In this document: in pieces, positions 49,888 to 60,185 of the stretch
Position numbering within the stretch: the first letter of the stretch is position 1
How the letters are laid out: every line of letters starts with the position of its first letter
NCBI GenBank assembly: GCA_030390025.1
Contig: CM059436.1
Location: 30,380,001-30,444,000, forward strand
Reading direction: 5' to 3'
DNA from: Squalus acanthias
Lineage: Eukaryota
DNA length: 64,000 nucleotides
Notes under the pieces: generated by a model
What the model was told of the DNA's origin: nothing
The model's database searches: none
Seen by the model: only the letters and a program-made list of their open reading frames with translations
Translations under genes and position numbers: made by a program

Positions 49888-52194
49888 GTGTCCTATAAAG
49901 GGACTTTCTCCCTGACCATGTCAGTTTCATTGAAGGTTCCCACTCAAATGTTAACCCACCTTTTCAGATGTTATCTAGCCTGTATATTTCTAGCTTTTTT
50001 TTTGTTTTTATTATTAGCATCTTAAGCCCAAGTTTAGACGTCAGCCGTGAACTTATTTCCACCCACCTAGCAGTTATTAGATGAGGGGTCTGTTTTTTGG
50101 TTAGTTTTGGTGAAGTACATCTTAATACAGGGCCAACTATCCATGGGCTCGTGGTCTTGATAAGCAGTGATGTTCACTTAAGAGGTCACTTGCCTGCCAC
50201 ATCATCTTAGCAAGTCTATGGGCAATTGAGTCCAGTATATATTAGTGATGGTAGTGGATGTTTTAAATGAATTACGAGACAGTAATCTAATCGAGGTGTA
50301 CAGATGATGTCATTCACTGCAAGAGGAAAGCACAAGCAGTTTATAACAGTCATCTGAACCCACAGATTGGGTTACTGTCTCAGATTCACTGACTGGAATC
50401 ATGTATTATTTATAATATTTAGTTAAAAGATAAGTTGGGTACAAGGGAGAGGACTTTCAGTGTAAAGTATCCTCCCAAATGAGGAAAGTTACTTAAAAAA
50501 AAAATCATCTTTATAGTAGCCATCATTGCAGAGAGTATTTTAAATTCAGTGAACTTCCTGTTCATAACACTGTCATTTCAAGACAATAGAGTCACAACAG
50601 GGCTGCTCTATTGATATCAACTACTTGATAAATGGTTCCCTAAGGAGCAATGCAGATGGTCTTGGAAGCTACTCAGAGGGTATGCTGCAGACTGCAGTAC
50701 TGGCCAAGTATTGCTACATAGACCTTGCCAGCGGGAGCCAGAAATGGAGCCGGTCCCAGATGGAGCCTGTAGCTGACATCAGCTGAGCAAACTCCCTGGA
50801 GAGCTTGGAGATCCTGTATGGTGGGATCCAAGGAGGAGAGAGCATACAGAATTAAAAATAAAATAGGACACTATATTGACAACGTGCATACTTGACTAAA
50901 TATGGCGGAAACAACACCTACTAGAGACTGCAGATAGGTTAGAAATCCATCTCAAACCATCTGTTCTTGATTTGATATATACAGAATAAAGTCAATTTGA
51001 CTTTTTTCTTTTATTGAGATGCTGAATATGAATATTTGAGAAGCAGATCATGCATGTGATGGAGGCATTGATGAGCTCTGGAAAGTAAATGACAACAGGC
51101 AATGCAAATGATTTTTTTTCAAAGCATACAAGAATATAAGTATGCTGCTATTAGATTTAATAATGCAATACATAGTTACATAATATTAAAGCTTATGTTA
51201 AGTCAATAGTCGTTTTAGTGAAAAGATCTCCCAGGGGTGAAATGAGACTTTGTGCACAATGTGATCAAATGCAAATGAATGTTTTTTTGCCTTTTTTTTT
51301 TATATGCTTGCAGGATGCAGCGCTACTCTGCATGCTTTCAGATGTGTTAAGGTGCAGTTTGGGGGGAAAAAAAAACACACAACTGAGTTGACAGTTGGAA
51401 AGCACCAGCAAGATTCCTGCTCAACTAGCAGAATACCACTTAACCAGTATATAGCACCAGTGGGTGATTGTTGGCACACAGGCAGCACTGTCTTGGGCTG
51501 CCATACTCTGACAGCACAGGTACCTCTGACAACTCACTGCTGCCATTGTGATGGAATTTTGATGAGCTATTCCCACTTCAAATGTCGCGTCTCCTATGGT
51601 TGTAGCTGCAGCCCTGTGGTTTTCTGCCTCTTCAGAGACTTCTCACTCTTTAGGCCACAGATCACAATGCCCTCTGCACTTTATTATCGCCACTCCTGAA
51701 TGTACAATGATAGCAGTGAAAAGCCCGGGGCCCTAAAATCCACAAGCTGTGATCCCGGCAGTTGCACTGGGTTCGTGTCCAATGGCAGAAAGTGGGAGGG
51801 CACTTCATTTGCACAGCACAAGCAGACAGGTGCTCGCACCAGTGCGAACGCATCTCAGGCACCCAGCAGCCCTGCACTACCGGGAAATTCCAGTGTCCAC
51901 CTGGGGGTGGGGCTACGAGTCTTTTCTCTCCCACCCCCCCCCCCACCCCCCCACCCCACAAACCCAGATAAATCTTTTTATGGCATACTTACAAAAGAGG
52001 CCAATGCCAACATTTTTTTGAAGATAAAAGTCTCCCCCATCTTTGTATGTCCAAGCCAATAGCCTGGAGCCCCCGGTGAGGCCCAACTTGTGCCCTTGTG
52101 GAGACCGATATGCCCCATCTCACTGAGCATACCAACTTCCAGACATTCATTCAGGTCTCATATGGGCTGGGGTAGCAGGAACTGCCAGCGTAGT

Positions 52195-52400
52195 GAGTCC
52201 CAAAACATTTCACAGCCAATTAAGTTCTTTTTAGAAGTGTGATCGCTATTATAATGTAGGGGAACGTGGCAGCCAACTTGCGCACAGCCACAAACAGCAC
52301 TGAGACAAATGACCAGATAATCTGTTTTAGTGATGTTGATTGAGAGATAAGTTCCTGAGGGGGCAGACAGGGCCTCAGTTTAGCGTCTCATCCAAATAAT
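52195..52400 (-). mobile_element. Deu-domain SINE fragment
   Basis: CACAGCCAATTAAGTTCTTTTTAGAAGTGTG...GGCAGCCAACTTGCGCACAGC...CCTGAGGGGGCAGACAGGGCCTC is the reverse complement of parts of the 44855 copy. Confidence 0.65.
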
Positions 52401-52674
52401 GGTGGAGAGCTGCGCAGGAATTACCTGCTTACCCTTTCAGCTGCTGCTAGTATACACCACGAGTGAAAATGGGGGTGCGAAATAACTGCCCGTCCATTCG
52501 AAAAGCAAATAGTTTGCAACTATGCACTTTTTCTGTCCTTTTTTTGATAATACAACTATTGGAAATTTGGGTATGATTGTATTTTAAGACATAATAGCTT
52601 CATGTCCCACTGCACTCCCATTGTAAGTATTTCTTTTCATATGTTATGTGAGGCCACTGGGTTTCAGTTTTAAA

Positions 52675-53280
52675 TAACGTATATTTATATAGCGCTTTTA
52701 ACGTAATAAGACGTCCCAAGGTGCTTTACCGGAGCATTATCAAAAAAATGTTTTTGACACCGAGCCATATAAGGAGACGTTAGGGCAGATGACTGAAAGC
52801 TTGGTCAAAGAGGCAGATTTTAAGGAGCATCTTGCAGGAGGAAAGAGAAATGAGAAGGCAGCGAGATTTAGGGAGGGAATTCCAGAGCTTAGGACCTAGG
52901 CATCAGAATCACAGAATCCCAGAATCCCAGAGTGCAGATAGAGGCCATTTCGGCCCATCGAGCCTGCACCGACATATATCCCACCCTATCCCCGTAACCC
53001 CACGTATTTAATCCCCCTAACACTAAGGGTCAATTTATCATAGCCAAATCAACCTAACCCACACATCTTTGGACTGTGGGAGGAAACCGGAGCACCCGGA
53101 GGAAACCCACGCAGACACGGGGAGAATGTGCAAACTCCACACAGACAGTCACCGGATTCGAACCTGGGTCCCTGGCGCTGTGAGGCAACAGTGCTAACCA
53201 CTATGCCACCGTGCTGCCCCAGCTGAAGGCACGGCCACCAATGGTGGAGGAATTAAAATCGGATGTTCAAAAGGCCAGGA
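52675..53280 (-). mobile_element. L2 LINE 3' fragment interrupted by an HE1 SINE
   Basis: Aligns with 39911-40170; breaks at GGACCTAGGCA and resumes at CAGCTGAAGGCACGGCC. Confidence 0.8.
52903..53219 (-). mobile_element. HE1-like V-SINE (tRNA head, V domain, CR1 tail)
   Basis: Minus strand has A-box TGGCATAGTGG, B-box GGTTCGAATCC, V-domain TGTGTGGAGTTTGCACATTCTCCCCGTGTCTGCGTGGGTTTCCTCCGGGTGCTCCGGTTTCCTCCCACAGTCC, and a tail with GGATTCTG repeats. Confidence 0.9.
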
Positions 53281-56200
53281 AAACAAACTGAATTGCGGAA
53301 TATGATCCCAAAACACTAATAAAAAAAAATCTGAAATCTAATATATGAAGGAATTTCTTATTCAGCCGTTTTGAAGCAGTGGGTTTGGCCATAGGCTTTT
53401 ATTGAGTTGCATATTGTTTTTTGATTTGTCCGCCTTTGAGTTTTGTAGGTTGGCATGCATGATTTGTATATTTTAAAAAGGTGCTGGTTGCATCTTGTAC
53501 GCTATTTGAGATGTTACTGCATAAGAAGACATTAGTCCTTGTCGTCTTCATCTTGAGGTAAAATGATTTCAGGTGAGGAGAAAGCATGCAAGTGCCTTAC
53601 TGCATTTACAATCCCATGTGCTGTCTCCTCCGTCTGGGGAGCAATGTGAGTGGCAGCATATGGGATGTGCTGAATAAGTCATCCAAAAACTATAAACCTA
53701 GTCATGTTTTATTTATATTTTAAAAATATCTCTCATAATTTCCATTAAACTATACTATAGATTAGAGCTAAAACTTTGTTGTACTTGAAGAATTATTAAT
53801 AAAACTATCTAATTTTCTTTTTTGTAATTTCTGGTCTTTCAAGACATTTTGAGGTTGTATTTCCCCCTCTGACTAAACTGGCTGCTTTGCTTCCATCCTG
53901 CAACATAACCAGAGAGCGGTCAGGAGAGCGACTACTTGCTAGTGGATACCAAGGTGCCTTGTAGTGTGTAATGGAGAAACTCTATTGGCAGATGATTGCA
54001 TCATGATTTATAATGAGGGGAAAATACAAATCCCTTTAGTATGTTTAATGGCCTCATACCTTTCAAAGAAAAGGTTCTGAGCAGCCTACTTGTACTGTAA
54101 GCAATACCCTTTTAAAATCCTGAATGATTAAATATTTTGGTAGATTCTATTCCCTTGCAGACTCCACACAAATATTCAGACATATGCACATTTATTTTGA
54201 CCATGGTCATTTGCAGCAGCTATTTTGAAGTATAAATATATTCCCTCAGTGATGCGGCAGAGCAGCTTGGAATATCATAGTGAGGAGCAGTGCGTGCGAT
54301 CATTTTTAATCAGGGTTACGGTGAGGTTACAGTAAAGATGCAGCTTAATCTGTTCCAAATATATCTCTCTGTGTAGACTTGTCATAAGCGGTTTGATTAA
54401 AATAGTATCCAAGTTCTCACTTAAGATCCTACTGTGTAAAATTAGCAGTTGGCTGCCCTTTAGATAAACTTGGAGGGGGGGAAGGGCTAATTTTTCAATT
54501 TTATTTGTTTAAAATGAAAAGATATTTGAAATCTTACATCTGCTAAAGAATATTCCAGGTTTACACAATTTTGCATTAAGATTTCATCTGCAGTGATTGA
54601 CACAGACAAAAGATTTAACAGTTTTGATTGTACAATGTCTGTAATCCTTAGTCTCCTTGAGCAGCTGCACATTTTGGAATCCTAAGTGAGTGAACAGAAC
54701 AGAGAACAAATATAGACAAATTACTCCCAATGTCTCAAATGATGAAAGTGTTCAAAGGGTGAGCCACAATGAGTTTCCTTTTGTAGCGCAAGTGATTGCT
54801 TGAAATCAGAAGGTCACCGGTTCGAGTCTCTCGATTGCTTGTCACTTGGGTTTACTTGCCTCCGGTTGAGCAGCTTTTGGAAGTTCTCAGCTGAGCCATC
54901 TCATGATTCGAAGCAATTTACCTCTGAGCTTGGCCCAGGGCAGTTTAGAACATTAACACGAAGATTATTTGGCTTAATTCTACTCAAATCATGCTTCCTG
55001 TTTTCACAGAATGATATACTGGTTGCTGAAAAGTCGTCTGTGGGAAATTTTCCAATGTGGGGTCCCCTTTCTTGACATCAGAGTGGCCCTAATCACCAAA
55101 TTACACCTTGGTCCTTCCGTCTACTCCTCTGGTACCTTCTCCTTCAAACACCTCACCTTGTTTCTCCCTCTACTTTAAAAATCCTTGGTGTCTACTGCAT
55201 CCCAGGTCCCACCCTGAGCTTCTCACCGAGGTATCCTCGCTCCTTTGCTCCTTCAGTCTCTATACTGAGTGGTTCCTCATCACTCTCAATCTCAGCTACC
55301 ACTGCCCTTCTGCCCTCCTTAAACCTCTCCTACCCATATTCACAGCCACCTGCTTGACCTTGCCATTTCATCTGACGTCTCTACTCCCATGGTCTCAATC
55401 ACAAACAAAACCATCTCTTATCACATCCTTGTATCCCTCACCACCCATATTTTCATACCCCTTTCCAACCCCACTTCATTTTGCATCTCTCCCTGGGAAA
55501 AAAAGCTTACTTGTATCTGGACCTAAGGGGCGGGAATCAAAAATTGAATGCAAGTAAAATTTAAAGGGTGAAGTTAATTAAGTGGCTGTGTCACAACAGG
55601 GGGACAAAAATTCTGAAATCCTTTGCAAACCCTCAAGAGGCATCTCAACCCATTAGCAGCAGTCAAAGAGGTGGCACACAAAACTGAAGGGAAAGGAAAC
55701 CCTAGGTGCGGGCATGAGGCTATAGGCAAGTGACAGAACAGCCCAGTACCCATAGTCCCCGTTTGATTGCTGCTAAAGTCGAGGTGGTTGTGAGAAGAGT
55801 TGTCCTGTGTGCCACTCTATGATACCATCCCCATTGGTCAACATTACACCATGCCTGCAAGGAAGTGCACCCAAGTTTCAGGCCGTAGCTGACTATTACC
55901 GTCACTGCATATGCCAGCCACATGCTGCATGGTAGCTATGCATATCCTTGCAGCAATGGCACAGCTCTGCATCTAGCTCCTTGCTGGCCAACATCCTGAA
56001 AAGACCGTTCCCCATGGTAGCATTTTAGCAGTTCACGCAATGAGGCTACATTGGTTCTTGATCATGCTGATGTACCTTCTTTTATGCGTTGCCTCTAAGC
56101 GCAAGACATATTGTGGTTGGGGTGTTTCTGCTGCAGCATCGAACATAACACTTATAAGGCATTGAGGGTCTGTTGTTGCAGCTTTCTTTGGGAAGAGACG

Positions 56201-57559
56201 CCTTCACCAGCACTACGTCTGCCGAAGTGAGGTAATTTCACCTCTGTCTACAGATGAGGGTATGCAGGTAGCAGTGAGCAGCACAGAGCACCTCTCATAC
56301 AGCCTGACCTGCCTGGCATCTTCCAAACATGTCAGCTTGGGGGAGTCCCATTGAGACTGCATAGCCGAGGACTAGATTGGGTTTGACTATGATTCTCTTG
56401 CCATGAATATATGAAGAATGGCCACTTTGACGAGGTACCAGTGGACAACTATACCCTGGTATAAATCTACATCTTCAGAAGAGCAGAGAAAATTGAAGGG
56501 TAATAAAATGTTTTTACAAGTTCCTTGCTGCTTAGTGAACAGGACTTGCTTTGATTTTGCTTAAATGAGCATTTTCCTTACCAAATTACTTGGCCATTAT
56601 CCTAGAAAGGGTTAAAATATGCCGTTAATGTAGAGAGGATAAATAATTAGAGTAGGTGAAAGCTACAGCACACCATAAAGGTTTGGAGGCAGCAAGAAAG
56701 CGAAGACAGGAGCAATGTATGGAAATAAGCACAATGATGATGCAAGCTGCGGAGTTGATGGAGCTGATTCCTCTGCTGCTTGAGGGCACAGTTGCCAGAG
56801 TGAACCTGAAGTGCGATAATTAAATATTTTGCAGTTGTAATTTATAACTACATTAGACTGAAAAGAAACAATACTGTATATTTAAGTCATCAGATGCCTG
56901 GAGGACAAAGAAACCTGATCCGTCTGCCTCACAAAGTGCAGTAAGATGTCATTTATTATATTTCACTATTTTGACATGAGAATTCTCATTATTGGCTCAT
57001 CATAAAGCTACATATTCTTTACTGGATTAACCTAACACAAGGACTGCACTAATTGACCAAGTATGCCTGTGTCCTCTTTTGGGGAGTGATTCATCCATTT
57101 TACACACCTTTTTTCCCTCTAACAGGTAGGCGAGGCTGAAAATGAATTTATATTCACCTTAGAAGATTTTTGATCTTCTAGCATGCAATATACTCAAATT
57201 ATTACATTGTTTTGTAAATGTACATGCTAGTAATGTTTTTTCTTAAAATTGTAATTCTGCAGAAAGTTGTGAACCTAAATTCTTCCAAGTACACACTGGC
57301 AAGGGGCAATATTGGAAAATCATGGGCCCTTCGCCCACCGTTTTCTGTCCATTGATTTAGTTCCCTGTAATTTTCTGTTACTTGCTGGTGGCAGGCAAGG
57401 TTGCTCACCACCAATGCATATTTGGAAAATTAGCCCCATGCTGTATGAGGTATCCACTTCCAAGCATCATATCACAGAGAAGGTGACTGAAAGGTGGATT
57501 CAGAAGGAGAAGATCCTGCTTTTCCAATCGCCCTTACTTATTTGAGGAAGTGACATTCC

Positions 57560-57918
57560 AAGTGGATTGTGGAAAGTCCTCCAACTGTTGTATCCTCATG
57601 TCCAAAAACCATGTGACAAGGTGCCACAAGCAAAGGCTGCTACTAAATTTAAGAGTAGTGAGTAATCAAGATACATTTTGGAATGGATAATCAATTGGCT
57701 AAAGGGTAGGAAGCAGTGAGAATCCATAACAAAAGTTATGTACGGTGGGGGGAAATACTGAATGGATTCAGACCAAGAAACTATTATTTCTAATTAAATT
57801 ATAACTTGGACTCTCAACCTCACTGCAAACTGCTCAAATTTCCAGATGATGCAAACTAGGAGAATAATTCCATTACTAAAATATGCAGGTGATAGAACAG
57901 TGGCAAATTAAATTTAAT
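57560..57918 (+). mobile_element. highly decayed CR1 RT fragment
   Basis: GACAAGGTGCCACA (DKVP), TGGATAATCAATTGGCT, AAATTTCCAGATGATGCAAACTAGG (KFADDTKL-like). Confidence 0.5.
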
Positions 57919-58443
57919 GGGGACGAAATTGGGTGCCTTTGCGCCTCCTGTTAGCACCCCCGGGGGGCACTAATGGGATGCAAATGGCTTTGCGACCGGG
58001 CGTGGCGCTGACATCGACTCCTGCCATATTCGGCGGGAGTTTTGCGGCAGCGCTATGGCGTTGCGCCCCAATATCCTTCGCTCGGAGATCATGACGTCAT
58101 TGGCCTGTTAGCGCCCCTGGGCCCGAAATTGACTTCCGCCCCCTGCAGCAGCGCCGGTCGAAAACACCGACAGCTGCAGCAGGCGTGCATCGGGCGGCCG
58201 GCCACTTCGGGGGCAATGATTAAAGGTGAGGTGGCCGAGGTAAGTATAAAAAAAACGACCTTTCTTGTTCCAGTTTTTTTTGCGCTCCAAGAAGGAAGTG
58301 GAGTGCTTTATTTAGCGCTCCACTTCCTTCTTGGAGCGCAAACGGCGAATTTTTCAAAAGTTTGAAATCATTAGCGCCTGGCACTAACTTTTCAAACTTT
58401 TAAAAATTAGCCCCCAACTGGGGCAATAGTGAATTTCTCCCCC
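57919..58443. mobile_element. PIF/Harbinger-like MITE with 3-bp TSD
   Basis: TIRs GGGGACGAAATT / AATTTCTCCCCC (10/12), TSD AAT at 57916-57918 and 58444-58446, CpG-rich interior. Confidence 0.7.
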
Positions 58444-59143
58444 AATATACCCCTTAGATGTTCCTGGTGCCTGCCTGAAATGAGTGTTGCTCCCATTGCC
58501 TATGTAAGTGACTGGCTTAATGCTCATATCAGGCCCCTTTGATAAATTGGATTGCGTCTGACCACAGCATGTGCCCTGCTGTTTCCTCTGGCCTTGAAGC
58601 AGCCAAGCTAGCGGTCATTAAAAGAGCTGCTGGCGGCAGCTTTCAAAAAGGTAAGTAAAAAATCTCCCTCCCAAACCACTCTCCCTCTTTACACCCCTAC
58701 CTACCTTTATAAGACTTCTCAAAACAGATCTCTTCGACAAAGTTTTTGGGCACGTCTCCTAACCCTCCCAAAACAGCTTGGTACGTGCTCCTTTTCTCCT
58801 CTGTGAAACACCTTGGAATGTTTTTCTAAGTTAAAGTTGTAATAAAGGATGAAAGGCAGCATTACTGAAATGATCTATGTATTTTAAAGTGTCCATCTGC
58901 AGATAAGAATAAAAGATTACTTTTTTGGTTAATTCTACTCCAAAAATTACTAATATATGACACAGATGAAAATTGTTTGTAAAATTATATTTAAGTATAC
59001 ATAGACATTACCTCCTCTCTTAGGAATTTTCTTTTTAAAATTATGATAATTATAGATAACTCCTAAAGATTGAAAAGAGTTGAGAGTGACTCTTCATCGC
59101 CTATCCTTTTAAAACCATTTTCTGTAAGCCCAGGGGCCATATT

Positions 59144-59574
59144 ACATAGAAACATAGAATCTAGGAGCAGGAGTAGGCCATTCGGCCCGTCGAGCCTGCT
59201 CCACCATTCAATACGATCATGGCTGATCATCCAAATCCAGTACCCTGTCCCCTGCTTTAATCCCCACAGTACACATATCCCACCCTACCCCCGTAACCCC
59301 ACGTATTTAATTCCCCCTAACATATCCCATCCTATCCCCATAACCCCACATATTTAATCCCCCCCTAACACTAAGGGTCAATTTATCATAGCCAAATCAA
59401 CCTAACCTGCACATTTTTGGACTGTGGGAGGAAACCGGAGCACCCGGAGGAAACCCACGCAGACACGGGGAGAATGTGCAAACTCCACACAGACAGTCAC
59501 CCGAGGTCAGATTCGAACCCGGGTCCCTGGCGCTGTGAAACACCAGTGCTAACCACTATGCCACCGTGTTGCCC
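59144..59574 (-). mobile_element. HE1-like V-SINE with internal 47-bp duplication and HER1-type tail
   Basis: Same head and V domain as the 52903 copy; tandem copies at 59274-59320 and 59321-59368; 3' end matches the CR1 tail GATCAGCCATGATC...GGCCTACTCCTGCTCCT. Confidence 0.88.
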
Positions 59575-59794
59575 TTGGGTTTATGAACAACTGTATGAAT
59601 TGAATTAAGAATAATATCAGTTCTTTGTGTACCAATTCATCAGTGCAAGTCTCTGTTTAGGTTTGAACAAGCAGCAGCATTAGCCTGTATTTCTGTTGGT
59701 GCACTAAAATGTTTTTAATTAGTAGTTAAGATAATCATACGATATTTTTCAATTTAAATCGATAAGACGCAATAAGAATATAATTAAGCTTGCC

Positions 59795-60185
59795 TGATGG
59801 CCTAGTAGTAAAGGCACTGCTCAGTGTAATGCTAAACCAGATAGACATGAAGATCCCAGGCTCAACTCCTGGACTGTACTGACTTAGCTGATCTCAGCTG
59901 GAGCGCCAATGGGCTAGGGAGGGAGGAAACAACTCAGCCAGTGTTCTAACAGCTGATGGCTATCCAGTGACCCCTGCTGGAAAGGGCACATATATGGACA
60001 TGAGGTGAGAGCAGGATCCCGCTCACTTGTTATTCCCTTGACAGTTGAATATCCTGTCGGCAATTAATGTATAGGTTCACCTATGGAGAATGGCCAAGTG
60101 GGTGAGATATAGGAGGGCTGCTAGTGCCCATGGAACTATACCCCAGCAAGAGTCAGCAGCTACAGGAGTAAACTGAATAAAAAGT
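59795..60185 (+). mobile_element. old tRNA-headed SINE family (unnamed here); related copies at 61545-61893 (-) and 56365-56495 (+, partial)
   Basis: Shared motifs TTAGCTGATCTCAGCT, AGAATGGCCA(A/C)(G/T)TG and AACTATACCC across the copies, with a pol III-like head. Confidence 0.55.

Noticed and set aside
32056-54408. Shared 15-mer TTTGATTAAAATAGT at ~32056 and ~54392
   Set aside because: An AT-rich match of this length is expected by chance in 64 kb, and the flanks do not align.
54780-54832. tRNA-like sequence with GGTTCGAGTC
   Set aside because: No complete cloverleaf or acceptor stem; it resembles the decayed SINE heads elsewhere in the window.
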